From assembly GCF_009914755.1 (NCBI RefSeq), contig NC_060935.1: DNA of 64,000 nt; one strand, written 5' to 3'. Below are positions 1 to 14,645 of this stretch, in pieces; position 1 is the first letter of the stretch, and the number at the start of each line of letters is the position of its first letter. The position numbers and the translations under genes were made by a program. The DNA is from the human T2T-CHM13v2.0 reference genome, Homo sapiens. Below the pieces are notes generated by a model that was not told the origin of the DNA, made no database searches, and was given only the letters and a program-made list of their open reading frames with translations.

Positions 1-1015
1 GAAGACCACATCTGAAAAATGATGTTAATAGCTGCAGAGATGCAAAACCAATTAAATACTCAAATCCTTCCGTTTCAATTTCTTACAATATGCAAAGGGT
101 ACTAAGGGAGAGAGATGGGACCCTGAGAGATGCGATATAGACATTTGTGTAGACATGGATGAGACTAAGAATCTGAATCCTAAAATCCCCCTAAACCTCT
201 CTGAGGAGGTTTATACCCTGCAACCCCAACTCCATTGAATAAAATCCTTTCAATGACTATTCCTCAGGCAGTTCCCTTACAAAAAAAAAATGTGACTTTC
301 CTCAAGACCCACCTCCACTGCCCCTCATTGCTTCCAGATCCACAAAGAAAGTAAAATGCCAGCATAGTCCAGATTGCAAAGTATAGAGGCTAGGCCTCAA
401 GGAGATAGACTTTATGCCAAAAGAGTTGCAGAACTTCATTAACTTTTATCAGCAGGAGTCTGGAGAACATTTATTTAAGTGGATTGTAAGGTTGTTAGGC
501 CAAGAAGAATGTAACTTAAGACTTGATTAAGCTGAATTTATTGAAATGGGTGCACAATTGGGAATCAGTATTTAATGTCATGGTTTGAGCACTTGGGAAG
601 CGGCACTAATAGTCGGCTAGATTGGTCAATCTCAACAGCAAGCCACAGTCAGTAAAGATGAAATGCCAGAACTTGGCATACTATAGACAGAGGAAGAAGT
701 CTAAATGTGAACAGGCATGAGAAAGCTAAAATGGATCTATTATATGCAGCTTGATTAACCCCTCCTAGCCATATCCCCCCAGGAAGGCCCAGAGGATACT
801 CCCTTCTTTAAGGCAGTAAGAAAGGAATTAAACTGACTAATCCTAAAACCTGAAATCCTACCTTGGTTCACTAATCAGAATGTGCTTATGGAAGTCAGGT
901 AAAAGCGGGAGTTTTGGTCTAAGTCCAGTGGGATCATGGATTCATTTTGTGGCTCCCAGCCTCAGGAGGTATATTTAAAATAGATATATTTAGTAATTAA
1001 AAGACCCTCACATCT

Positions 1016-1101
1016 GAGCTGCAGTGAGCCAAGATCGCGCCAGTGCACTCCAGCCTGGGTGACAGAGTGAGACTCGGTCTCCAGGAAAAAAAAAAAAAAA
1101 A
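1016..1101 (+). mobile_element. Alu 3' fragment with poly(A)
   Basis: gagctgcagtgagccaagatcgcgccagtgcactccagcctggg...poly(A). Confidence 0.9.
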
Positions 1102-1722
1102 CAACCAAAAAACTGCCGAGATCCTCATATCTATTTCCTAGCTCACAGAGTGAGGTATCCTATGGCCATAAGGGAGGAGCCAGTAGCAAGTAGAAGACCC
1201 TAGAATTGCCCTACCCAACCCACTCCCCCATGCCAAACTAGTAACCCAAAGTAAACCCACTACCCCAGAGGAACTGCAGGGTTAGTGCCACCCATTAAAG
1301 GCTTGACAGAGGCAGAGGTGGGATTCTAACCACATCTCCACTTAACTTCCTTCCTGGCTCTTAGAAAAGCCAGATGGTTTTGGAGAATGACTGTGGATTA
1401 TTACACACTTAATCAGCAGTGCCACAATGCAGCCCTTGGAAGCTGGTATGCAGATATTAGCCTAACAAATTCCTCCCCCCAACCCATTCCTACCGCCAAA
1501 GGAAATCAGAAGCAATCTCTTACCTCAGGCTATGGCAGTGCTCCTGCACATTGTCATCATGTAGCCTGGAGAATCTTGATTGTCTTAATATTTTATAGAA
1601 CATCACACTAGTCCATCGTATTGGTAACATGATAGAACGTTCAAAGGCTTGCCACTTCAGTGAAGTTCATAAAGGTCTACAGGTCTAGTTCATATCAAGA
1701 TATACTTTTTAAAGTAAAAAAT

Positions 1723-2033
1723 GGCCAGGGGCAATTGCTCATGCCTGTAATACCAGCACTTTGGGAGGCCGAGGTGGGCAGATCACTTGAGGTCAGGAGT
1801 TCGAGACCAGCCTGGCTAACACGGCGAAACCCTGTCTCTACTAAAAATACAAAAATTAGCCAGGCGTGGTGGTCAGCGCCTGTAATTCCAGTCACTCGGG
1901 AGGCTGAGGCAGGAGAATCGCTTGAACCTGGGAGGCAGAGGTTGAGTGAGCTGAGATCACCTCACTGCACTCCAGCCTGGGTGACAGAGCGAGACTCTGT
2001 CTCAAAAAAAAAATAAAAAATAAAAAATTAAAA
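1723..2033 (+). mobile_element. Full-length AluS
   Basis: Dimeric Alu consensus with A-rich linker and tail. Confidence 0.93.
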
Positions 2034-2689
2034 AACAACAGGTTGCATCTACCTACCAAAGAAAGAGGCATAGTGCTTGGCAAGCCTGTTTGGATTTTAG
2101 AATCAAAATATATCACCTACGAATGTATTCCTTCTACCCATTTATCGGGAAGCTCATAATAAGGTAATAAGACTGTCTGTTTTGAGTGGGATCCAAAACA
2201 AAAAAAGACTTCGCAACAGGTCCAGGCAAGCTATCCTTTCACTTTGAGTCACACAGGATAACACTGACCAAGTGGTAAGTGAACGCAGCACGTAGTGCAT
2301 TCTCTAGAAGGGTTATCTTGCACAGCTGTGTTCAAGGAAAGCTTCTTTGGAATAGTAAAGCTGAGGGGTCATATGCTGGAAAGGAAGGGTGAGTCGGGTC
2401 CAGTCAGGGAAAACAGCTAATCAGCTGGCGTATTTCCATGTAGCCTTGTTTCAAAAATCCCAGGCTCAGGAAGTATTCCCAAATGAAAGAGTTCATATTA
2501 AGCTCAGAGTTTCCCACCAGGATTAGAACCCACTTCTACTCAAGTTCTCCTCTGTGAGACCATCAGGAAGGTTATGCCATTGCCTGCATCTCTTCGAGAG
2601 GGAAATCGAATCAAAAGTGAGCGTCTGCCAGTCTCAGTCCTGTGATGGCTGAGGAGCCTGGGCGAAGAGCATAGTAAATATTTGGCAAA

Positions 2690-3260
2690 GTTAGCAGCCT
2701 TCGGAGCGGGAATAGAGAAGGGAGTGAGTGATTCAGAGAGCAACGTGCAGGCCCCTGCAGCCGGAGCAGGACTTTTGCTCCTATTCCTGAGCGAAAGGGA
2801 ACAGGCTGCTATCCCCCTGACCGGAGGGGCCTTCCAGCACCTCCCAGGGGAGCGGCTGCGCTTGAGGCGACGGGAACAGAGGATGGGGACGGCGGGGGCT
2901 GGAGTGGCCGCAGCAGCGAGTCCGCCGTCCGACTGCGGGGAGGGAGGGTGGCAGCGACGCCCTTTGTGTGGGGAGCTGCTCTGGGACCCAGATGAAGCAG
3001 GGGGAGTTTTAGGCAGCTTAATGAGTTGTTGCTCCCTAACCACACACTTGTCAGCGGCGGTATTATTGTTGTGGTTTAGCGCCTGGCAGCGCCGCCTCCC
3101 CCCGCTGCGCTCCCGGCTGGCGGCTGCGGTTCCCAGTAACTCCCGCCTGCCCCTCCGCACCGCGTCCCAGAGCCTCGCCCCGGGCAGGCCTCCCGCTTCG
3201 TCTCCCCTTCTCCTCCCCGTCTCAGGGAGCCTGCAGCCAGGGATCAGGCAGGCGAGATGC
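2690..3260. promoter_or_regulatory. Orphan CpG-rich island / candidate distal regulatory element
   Basis: Local cluster of CpGs and high GC in otherwise CpG-depleted intergenic DNA; no recognisable coding exon. Confidence 0.55.
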
Positions 3261-4615
3261 TAAGGTAATAATTGTATTAATGAAAACGGCAAACACACAT
3301 CCTTTCCATCTGGCAGCACAAAAGGATGGGCTGTTGGGGATGCAATTACCCACTACAGGAGACAGTAAAATATTTGTCAGGTTTAGCAATAAAATTAATA
3401 TCCCCAATTACTAGCATCTCGCTAATGAGATGCATACAAATTGCTTTTCCTAGTTGCAAGAAGAACCTGTGGCATAAAACCCAAAGCCCAGGAATCTCTG
3501 CCAGTGAGACTGCCATCGTCCATGCCTGGAGACTCAGGGAGGTGAAGCCTGCGGGGATGTTCCGATTGTCAGTGCTGTGCACCCCATTACACAGTGGGGT
3601 TGTGTGGGGGGGAGTGTCCGTCTGGACCCTGTGCCCCCAGGACTCTTGAGAGTCTGGACGATCCCAGACCCACGTGACAAGATGGCCAAGGGCTCCACGC
3701 ACCGTGGCGCACCGGTCACTTTCCCCGATCCATCCACACAGCCTTCCAGGTCTCCTGTAGCAAGCGGTAGTAGCCCACCTATGGTCAGATATTTCCGCAA
3801 TTTCCTACATTATTTTCCCTCATGAAATTTGTATATAGCAAAAGCCGAGTTTGCTTTAGGCAGAGCATATGCTTCCTATTTATTGGAATAAGTTTTCTAG
3901 TTCCTTAGCATTCTGTTCACTGATATTCCGTCTGTTAAAAATATCTCTGCTTTTTCCCCTGATACTCAGTAGTAGGCAGCCACAGTTTTCCTCTATAGTT
4001 TTTCTGGGTAGAAACCAGAACATGCTCTCCACAGCCTGGGGGAGTATTCTATACCTTTGCAGAGGATGACCTGATTTCCCACCCATAAAGAGAAATACGA
4101 TTTTCCTACTCTCCACCAGTTTCACGGATAATGCTATCAGGCAGCCTGATTCCAGGGAGGACCCTTAATTTAGAAAGGAAAAAGCTAAGACCTAACACTT
4201 TGTCTCTCACTAAGGGAGTCTGGAATTCTGATTCCTGTTTCAGGTCTATAATGTGCTCTATGTAGGAGGCAAAAAGAAGAGGATCTGAATCCTTTGGTGA
4301 GTCTGGGACTCCAGGAGATTGCAAATAAGCTCTGCAGGAGCACTCTTCCCAGGAGGAGGGGGTCTATGGCCCCCTGGGGACCTCATATGCTGAGCCCACA
4401 GCTCTGATGCCTCTGCAATTTCTCAGAGGTCCACTCTGGAGGCCATCGTCCCTGCTGAGCCCCCCAGAGACACAGGGAGCTTCGATCTCAGCAATGGGAC
4501 ATTGATTTTTACAACTCCAGCAACAAGAGAACAGTGAGTAAGCCAACACTACCCACATTTGAGAAACAGAATTTGGAGTTAAAATGGCAGAATCAATATT
4601 CAAATTCATAGCTCT

Positions 4616-4632
4616 ATGTGTGTGTGCGTGCA

Positions 4633-4673
<41 letters not shown>
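4616..4673. repeat. Compound (TG)n(GA)n microsatellite
   Basis: tgtgtgtgtgcgtgcatgtgtg...gagagagaga. Confidence 0.95.
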
Positions 4674-7600
4674 AGGAGGAAGGAGAGAGACAGGGAAAAG
4701 GGGATTTTATGACTAAGAGGAAAGAACAAACAACTCCTTGGAGGGAGGAGATCTCAGTTGAATATGCCCCTAGTCTGTGCTGCTGGAAGGTTGGAATAGA
4801 GGATGGAGTGGCCAAGGCCAAGGGTGATGATGATATACTTTAGTGGCTCCATCAACCCAGAGGTCTCCTGGGAAGAACCCACCCCCAACCCCACATCCTC
4901 AAAACCCATGTATAGGGACTAGTGCAGTCTGTTGTCTGACCCAGGGAGTTGTCCAGGGGCTGGGCTGCAATGGGTCATGGCTTGGTAGAGTCACTAGCAT
5001 AGCAGCTACCACCCTGGGCCCCCAGATCTGTCTTTCTAGGCCTGACTTCAAAGAGGTTCTATAAGTAGATTGAACTTACGTTTCAAGTATTATGAACCTC
5101 ATTATGTTTCAAATATTATTTTGTAAGGTGGTTGTCTATAATTTAGAATGCCTTTTCTCATATATGCAACACTCAACAAATGTTTATGGATTGTCTACTC
5201 TATCAGATGCTGGGAATATAATGGTGAAAAACAGAGGTCGCATTCCCAGATCCACCCATAAAAACCTATTTAATCAATAATAAAGGCAAACTATTCTTTG
5301 TCTGTGGAAGCATTGCATTCTGAGCTCCATCTTGGAATACCTGGAAAATAGCATTCCCTGCCTTGGCAATAGCAATTGAAACTCCCACCTGGTCCCTGAG
5401 CAACTGCAACCACAAGTAAGAAGTGTAGAAACCAATATTTGTTGAATGCCTACTGTATGTCTGGCTGTGCTAGCATTTTACGTACATCTATGAGATAGGC
5501 ATAATTGCTCTTGTTTTACAGCTAAAGAATCCAATACTCAGAAGCTAAGCAAGTTCCCTAAGGTCACACAGTTACTAAGCTAGAATTTGAGTCAAGGCTA
5601 CAGATATCAAAGCCCATGTTCTTTCTTCTATTCATCAACTGCCTTATTTGGGGCTTTGGCCGGAAAGGATGAGGCAGCATGGGAAGGCACTGAGGGCACT
5701 CAGAGTGCTCTGGCCATGGGGCGCCATGCAGCCATGGGGAAGTGAAGTACGCAGATGTATGTACAGATCATTTGCAGGCCCACAGTTCTGAAATCAAGCT
5801 CTTAGTGCACCAGTTTCCGTGATGTGGCTTGTTGCTGTTATTCACCTGGAATCCTTAGGAGTGACCAGGCATTCAAGTCACCAAGACTCAGCTGGAACTA
5901 AGAACCCTTTTCTTCCACTGTGTTTTCTAGGGGGAGATGCTGTAGGAGTCTTGCAGGAGCAAGCGAGTGTGAGTAATAAAAGAGTTGCTTATGTAATAGG
6001 AAACCACACTGTCTAGGGCACACGGACTTCTCTGGGATCCAGGGAGCCAGAATTCCAAGGTTCTCTTCCAAGTTCACCCACACTTGGGTCTGTCTTTTTG
6101 AGCAAGTCACCTCACCTTCTCCAGTTTCCTGCTGTGCAGCCTTGACACAGCAATGTTCTTTTTTACCCTTTTCCATGATGAGATCCCCAAAGAATGGCTG
6201 TGCATAGCGACCGCTGGAGCTGCTTGGCAGTCTGAGCAACATCCTTTGGTTTCTACCCCCAGCCGATGCCCCTCTCACCTCCAGGTGCTCACTTTTCTAT
6301 GGCACCCCACTGGGGAGGTGACCCTCATTTATCTCTCAAATGTCTTCAGCCTTCTTTGATGTGCCTAAGACGATTTCTCCCTGCAACCCCCCTGGGGCCC
6401 AGTGAGGTTATCATGGCTTCTAACTGTCTAGCTGTGAACAGAGTAGAGACATCGTCAGCTTCTACTTAAAATAAAATGTCTCAGCCTGTATGCCTGTTTT
6501 CCATTTCCACCCCTTCCACTAATGATGTCTGTGTTCTGAGAACGTCACTTACCTCTCTGGACCACAGTTTTTTCCTTTGTAACAAAAGGGGATGGAACAA
6601 GATGTCTCTGGGAATCTTGCAGTTTCCTGATTTTGAACCCCTTACCTAGGAATCTGAGTCACCTTGCACATCCTTTCATTTCATCATCTTAAAAATGACA
6701 AGGATCCACAGGTTTATCGAAATGGACACATGGAAATGTGTACACAAATCCAGGCCCTTCCCAACCATGCACCTAGTTAGACTCCTAGTGTCGGTTCTCT
6801 GAGAGGCAGTATTCCAGCCACTGCAGTCAGGTGTCTTCAACTAGGGCTCTGCTCTCTCCCCCACCCTTGCACCTTCTCCCTGGTACACAGTCCTCTGCCC
6901 CAGTCCAGCCCAGTGAGAGTTTCTTCTGCACAGCAGGTGGCTGTCCACCAGCCAGTCCCTCTTGGAAGTTGGAGGGGCCAAGCTGTACGAGAAGACGTTT
7001 TCCTTACCCCAGCCACCCGCATCCCAGCCTCAGGACAGTTTTGCTCTGCTCCACACGCCCTGCGTGGGTTGGCTCCTGTTGCTAGGAGAACCTGACCATT
7101 TGCATTTCCTGCTGTTTTTATTTTAGATTAGCAGCCGCACTGCTGCAGGAACACAGGGTATTTTAAGAAAGACAAAAAAGGAAAGGGTGAGGGGAGAACC
7201 TAGCATGGGTCCTCCTTCCCACAGGCCCCCAAAACACTCAGACCAAGGTGACAACCATCGCAGACCCTGTCCCCACCCAGGCCTCTTGCCTCCTCTTCCC
7301 TGAACGGCACCATCTCCCAGTCCTGACACTTTCACAAACACCTTCAGTCCATACAGGAACAAATGGCCCAGTCTTCTTACACAAAAAGCAGACAAAGGTC
7401 AAGTCTTCAAATCAACCTAACACACACACAGGACCAGCTTCCCCATGTTTAAAAAAAAACCCAACAAATAGAAATACTCCCAGATTCCCATGTGGATTCT
7501 CCAACCCCAAAACACCTGATCTCCAGAGATGACTCCTGCTTTTTCCTTTGTCTTTGCCCTTTCTCTGCCCTAAAGATAGAGATGTGACTTTTCCTTCAAA

Positions 7601-7773
7601 GCCTTAGCACAAATCAGTGTCGCCTTCCCAGAGCCCCTCAGTTCTATTAATCTCTCCCTCCCCTGTTCTGAAGATCCCTGCACCTTATCACGGTTACCGT
7701 TTTATCAGATCCGTAATCTACACTTCTGTCTCCCCCACTAGACTGTGAACTCCTAGAAGCCAGTGTCTTCATC

Positions 7774-8063
<290 letters not shown>

Positions 8064-11000
8064 ACTGTCTTTGTGATTTTTAATGTTAATCCCCTTCTTA
8101 TCTCCAGTGCATTTTGCTCACAGCAGGTGTTGATTAACACTTTGTAAAGTTTGTTCATCCCCATGGAACACTTTGAGAGTCGTATGCCATAGATGGCCGA
8201 AAACATTTTCTACCATGAGGGAGCTTTTAGCGCTGTGGAGGAAGGCAAGTCGATTGTTTTAAACAATGTGACAGGTGTGGTTGTAAAGATCACAGAACAC
8301 GTACAGAGGATTACAGAATCACAAGAAGGTTCCTGGGGCAGGGGTTGGGGATAGAGAGAATGGTCAAGAAAAATCAGGAATAGCTTCATGGACCCGACTC
8401 TTAGAGAGGGATTAAGAGTCCACCAATGGGTAACCACTCCAATCAGATGGAACAGCTTGTGCAAAGGCTCAAAGATCTAAGAGAAAGGGATTGAAGTAAA
8501 TATACCACCCAGGTCCCAAACAAGTGGAATCTCAGACTGGCCCAGCTCACCCATCCCATACCCACACCCCAGAGCCTTCCTCACTTCATCTTTCCCTAAG
8601 AGGTGAAAACATCTTCCCTCTCCTCAGCCACCTGTTCCAGGCTGTGCGGAGCAAAGTATTGCCAAGAAGAAGATGATTATCAGAGACCAAACAAAGCTGT
8701 TCCCACGCATACGCTGCAAAGCCCCCCACAAGGCCATGGTCCTTAATGGAACAAGCGTCTCCTTTTTAGCCTCCTTTCTAATAACCAAGCCCTGGTCAGA
8801 GAATAACCCTGCCACCCTCACTCAGGAGGACCAGCTTCTGAGGACCCATTGTGAGCTTAGGAATCCATACCAAAGTAGGCATTTCCATGGTAGGCTTTTT
8901 CCTCCAGTCAGCTCTGTCTGAGCAGGGAGCACAGAGACCCTTGAGAGATGGTAGCATCTCCTCCCCCAAATCCAAGGTTGTTGACCTTTTGTGAGACAGA
9001 CACTGCAGCAGAAAGTCCTAGTTGTCTACCATTCTCTCCTTTTCTTTCCTACAAACACAAACACCAGTATGACATGGAGATGCCCCATGTCAGCGAAACT
9101 ATCATATTTTCCCAGCCTCTCTTGCAGGTAGGTGTGGACAGTAAGATAGAAATGGATTTCTAAGAAAGCTCATTAAAAGAGGGACAGAAAACTGGAGTGG
9201 AACTTTTTGGTCTTTCCTGCCCACCAACTTTTTCCTGCTTCCTGCCTAGAATCTAGGTGTTCAGCTGAGGCTCCAGCAGCCATCTCAAACCATAAGCTGA
9301 CCTCAAAGATGGCACCACATGCTGAGGATGACACTGTGGATCACATACCAGCCCCGCTGGAAACTCTGTCTCCAAAAAAACTGGTGATGTGCACAGAAAC
9401 AGTTTTGCAAACAACTTCCCAGGTTTGATGAGCCCCGAAACCAACGCACAGACCCAAGATTAAGAACTCAGTCTTAGGGAAGTGGGGAGACCCAGCTCTA
9501 CCTCAACTTCTTAGATGACTGTCGTTAAAGTGGGAAGAGCTTAGGATTGTGCCGTGATGGTGTCCTCTGTGACTGGATGTGTCCTGTCTTCCCTCTGGAA
9601 TCCCAGCACAAACACCTTCCTTGCCTTATCATTCTTAATAGTTCTGACGCAGGGCTGCTGCCGCCGCCACCCATCTCTCCCTGCTGCCTCTCCTCCCCTC
9701 TCCCCAGCTATTCCCCCTGCGCTGCCAATCCCACTCCAAAGTCACTTTCTACAGGGGAGGAAATTAGCATTTGTGTTGGGACAGAAAGTGACACTGCTCA
9801 GCTCTCACTGTCATTCTGCTCTTAATTAATATTTAACCTCAGAGAGATTGTGTAGCAGACGGAAGTGGCTGATGGGAGAACAAAGCCCTGGCTGGCTCTC
9901 CTTTTCAACACTGCCTCCCCTACTTGCAGCTCCTCCCCCTGCACCTTCAGGCCCTGAAGGACCCAGAGGCCCAGGGGGAATGGAGAGGAGTGGAATGGGA
10001 CACCCTTGGGGATCCTTGACCTCGGCCCTCTTGTCTAGAGAGCCCTTCTGCAACAAAATGAGAGCAGCCAGTGCCCGGAACCTGATTCCCAGTGCCCAGA
10101 GCAAGACCCAGGCCTGCCCTGCCAGGAAGGATGAAGAGACAGGCGAGGGGGAAAGAAAAGCAATGCAAATGTGCCCCTCAACAGATTATATTTAATGCAC
10201 TATTTTTAGTTGCCTTCAATCCCTCGGGGCTGTCAGGGCGGTTGCAGCCCCACTCCCCCGGGAGAGGAAATGACAGGCATTATTACCCAGCCCAGGAACA
10301 CTGGTGCAGTGCGTGGTGGGTGGGGGAGGTGCTGCCTTGCCAGCTCCACAATTTGGGAACTTAACTTCCAACGGGAAATCGAGGACACAGAAAAATGCAG
10401 CCTCAGGACCTCCTCCTCCCTTCCCAGCCAGTCAGCCAGATCACCCCACATGCACGTCCACTGGGCTCAGACCAGGCGTGTGGGAGTCTCCTCAGTCCCC
10501 AAGTTGTCTCAAAAACTAGGTTATACAACATCCTTCACTGCCAAGTTCTTCCTTCTCTCTAATCTTAGCCCTGCCTTCGGTCTAAGCCCATTTCCCCTTG
10601 CTCTGCAAGCAGAGGCAAAGGAGGACAGCTGGCCATCATCCCCCAGCAAGAGAGCCCTTCTTTGTCTTGGAAATGATTCAGTTTCCTCTCGGTCTTCTCT
10701 TCTCCAACCTGAGTCATTCCCGTTCCGTGAACCTTTCCACACATCATGTTTTTTTTTTAGCTCATCTTGTTGTCACTCCTTTAACCTTGCTCTGAATATA
10801 TCCCCAATTCCTCCTTGCAACCCCAAACAGACACTGGACTTTGGCCAGGAAGCACCTAATCATCGATTTGAATGGAAGAACTTATTATGTATCATCTGGA
10901 AGAGGTTTTCTAATTATCTTGATTGTCTTGCCTCTCCATAAGACCAAACACTTTGTACAGACTGCGTCCTCTACGTTGCGATCTTCCCTCACCCTCATCC

Positions 11001-11304
11001 AGCCAAGTGCAAGGCTGATAAGAAGTGGCACATAACTTTCCACAGCGTTTAGGTTTAAATGAGATACATATGTAAAATGTGTTGACCAAGTGCCTATAAT
11101 TTACTTTGTAAATTATGCAATGGCATCTCAGTGGTAGTTTTTTTACTACTGTGGTGCATACCAGATTTTTGGAAAATGCTTGTTTTCTTAACCATAGCAT
11201 TGTAAATCATATAAACCATAGCATTATATTATAGTCATTCATTCATTAAATATTTATTGAGCTCCTACCATGTGTCAGACACTGTGCTAGATGCTGGGAT
11301 GTCA

Positions 11305-11626
<322 letters not shown>

Positions 11627-13249
11627 TGAAAGGCCAAATCCTGGTTCTATAGGCAGTCACAGCCTAGTGAGGAAGGTAAGACAGAAACAACGGCAAGGCA
11701 GTGTGATGACTGCCAATAAGGCACACACTTGGCGAGAGGGCATACAGGGAAGTGGGGGAGCTGATCACAGCTCTTTACTCTGCAATGATTCTGCCTTGCT
11801 AGGCATCAACGTGGCCATGTTTTCGACTGCCAAGGTCCCTTCCTAGGGCTGGCTCATCCCTGCCCCAGTCTGTGTGGTCCTGGAGTGTTTGTCAGTAACA
11901 TGAGCAAACGCCCAAGAAAGGTTGCTTAGAGCCCTTTCACGAAATTTTATATACGGGTACATAGAGAGAGACGGTGTCTTTTTCTCTTGAGAGTTTGGGG
12001 ATTCTAATAACCTTCCTTCCTCCACCACCATAAAAGGCCAATCTGAGGGTGAATCTAACACAGAGACACCCTGAGGGAGGCACTGCTGAAAAATGGAAAG
12101 GGAGACAGAAACCTGATGGCATTGTTCTAAGCCCTTGGTCCAGCCACGTCAGCCCAGTTAAGTGGCTTCATAACATCCCCAGGTTTGTTTGAGATAGTTA
12201 TTCCAGAAGGAAGCAGAACCCTGGGAGAGCCCTCAGTGCAAAAATGACCTTTCCCAGAGGGGAGCAGAGCGGGAGAATGTTGCTTAATATGCAAATTTAG
12301 TCTTCTGTCTTAATGGCTTCGTCACTCTGAGTAAAATGCACAGATTGAGGAGAAATTCATCCAGGCAGGAGAGGTGGCCAAATAGCGGGGACAGCTTTGG
12401 AGTCAAACAGACTTGAATAGAAGCCCAGCTTTACTGCCTACCAGCTGTATGGCCTTGTTCAAGTTACTTAACCTTTCTTTTCCCCATATATATATTTTTT
12501 TACCTAGAAAACATTGGAGAATGGTATTTCTTCACCAATGGTATTTGCTTGGATTATTGTGAGTATGACACAACATAATGTATTGAGATGTACGTGCATT
12601 CTTTAGTCATCCAGTCCAAAACACCCTTTTCTTTTGTGGAACTGCTTTTCCCCTACTCTTACCAAATGGTTCTGCAGGCCCTGCCAGTCAATGAATCCAA
12701 CTGGCCACACGGTTGTGCCACAGGCTGGGTCAATTATAATACTTCCCTCACCTAGCCACAAGGGTTAGTGCTAGGATAGGCATAAGGCTCAAATCTGGTT
12801 TATCAGCGATCTCCTCTGGGAATTTTACAATTATTATTAATGAGGTTGCAATTGAAGAATTCTATTTCTTCCTTAGTCCCAAGGCTATAATGGCTTAAGT
12901 TCAGAGCTGCCTGCAGCCACGGTTCCAGCATGATGGAGATGTCAGCATTATGCAGAAGGAAGCAGAAACAAGTGACATAAAGGGAGGAAGAGAGTCTTAA
13001 TAGGATTTTACATTCCTGGAACTCCACCTCTGCCCTTTCAGTGAATCAGTGCTTATGTTAATGTAAGTTGAGTTTCTATCCTTTTCCACCCAAAGAGTCT
13101 TGATCAATACAGTATGTAATGCACTTAGTACAAAGCAGATGGCACATAATAAATGCTCATAATAAAGATTTGGCACAGAAAGTGCTCCCTGGAAAATGGT
13201 TTAAGACCTTCTAGATTTATAGAATCTTTGCTTTAATTTAAGATAAATT

Positions 13250-13551
13250 CTTTTTATTTTTCTATTTTTAGAGGCAGGGTCTCACTCTGTTGCCCAGGCT
13301 AGAGTGCAATGGTGCGACCCTAGCTCACTGCAGCCTTGAACTTTTGGGCTCAAGCCATCCTCCTGCCGCAGCCTTCTGAGTAGCTGGGATCACAGGTGTG
13401 TGCCACCATGCCCAGCTAATTTTCGTTTTTTGTAAATACAGGGTCTCACTGTGTTGCCCAGGCCGATCTGGAACTCCTGGGCTGAAGCAGTTCTTCTGCC
13501 TTGCCCTCCCAAAGTGCTGGGATTACAGGTGTGAGCCACAGTGCCCAGCCT
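13250..13551 (-). mobile_element. AluJ-like element
   Basis: Reverse Alu consensus. Confidence 0.88.
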
Positions 13552-13926
13552 AAAATAAATTTTTAAGCCCTTGTATATATGTATATATACATTGGTTTAC
13601 AATAATAAAAATGTATAATAAAAAGAAGTGCCCTACCAGTGTCCCAGAGGTTTCTGCTTTTCAGTATAAGCCATTTCCATCTAATAATTAAAAGTAAATA
13701 ATACTCATTTTAAGGGAGACAAGAACTTTTAGGGAGTCCTTGTCCTAAGGGTATCTAACTAATCTTTCAGAATATCCGAATAACTAGATTGGCATCTGTT
13801 ATGGACTACCGAGTGCTGTCTGCAGGAACAGCAGAGAACGGGCGCCACTCCCCAAAGGAGCTCCAAAGGCTTCACAAATGAGGGACTCTAGATGAACATT
13901 CACTCTGCCTTTAATCAATCTTCTCT

Positions 13927-14175
13927 CAGTGCTAACCTTGGAGGGTTTTGTTTTCATTGAAAGAAAAGAGAAGATTCCTCACTGGGTTGTCTGACATGGT
14001 TGATCCTAATTCCCTTGACTAAGTTCATGGATTAATGACTGCTGCCTACCAGGCCAAACCAGTGGCCAGTTGGATGGAATGAGGACCAGCCAGCCACTGC
14101 CATTCATAAGGGAGTAAGGGCCTACCGCCTATCACTTTTTTAAAACCAATATACATCGGCCTTTTGGCTAAGAGA
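13927..14175 (+). repeat. Copy 1 of a diverged inverted duplication (partner 16731-16975)
   Basis: Blocks align to the reverse complement of 16731-16975 at 29/32, 26/32 and 28/35 identity (hand count). Confidence 0.8.
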
Positions 14176-14645
14176 TAAAATGCCTAAACCCATCCAGTCC
14201 TCATCTATCTCTGGGTATCTTTGTCTTAAAGGAATTTTCCTTAGTTACTAGTAATTCAAATTATAGCAAGCCCATACTCCAGACATGGGACAACTGGGAG
14301 AGGTTGACATGATAGAAATAATGAGAGAGACTGGGGACAAAGGCTTGAGTGTGACTACGGGAACAACAAACAGTCACTTGGAATCCTGCAATGGTTCTTT
14401 CGGCTAAGCAAAGCCAAGCTAGAACAACCCATTAGGAAATCAAGGTTGCATAAGATTGCATAAATTTATGTCTGAATTACAAGGCATCCCAACTTAGACA
14501 TTTCAGGGTCTGTTATCAAAGAATCCCTGGAAACAACTTCCACATGCTGTCCCCATCTTGTCAAAAAGATAGGTGCATTGATCTGATGCATTCGAACATC
14601 TCTTATATTATTGTGGCATATTAGGGATTCGTTCACTTAAATCTG

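Larger units (their letters stand above)
1..2240 (+). mobile_element. Degenerate class III (ERVL-type) endogenous retrovirus internal gag/pol relic, interrupted by Alus
   Basis: Broken translations resemble ERVL motifs: QQESGEHLFKWIVR and EFIEMGA (gag-like, ~450-555), KPDGFWRMTVDYYTLNQ (RT N-terminus, ~1366-1413), WYADISLTN, and FEWDPKQKK..QQVQA (~2180-2228). Many stops and frameshifts. Confidence 0.7.

Noticed and set aside
1660-2016. 118-aa ORF and similar ORFs at 11463, 20551, 42350, 50396, 55212 and 57235
   Set aside because: Translations of Alu sequence.
2540-3263. Overlapping 206-aa and 193-aa ORFs
   Set aside because: Stop-poor GC-rich island with non-ATG starts and no recognisable protein similarity.
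14156-14173. 18-nt exact match to U2 snRNA stem-loop I (tcggccttttggctaaga)
   Set aside because: No U2 5' end or TSD, and the partner of the inverted duplication has a colinear homologous segment (tcagccatctggctgaaga), so it is not a discrete U2 insertion; likely coincidence.
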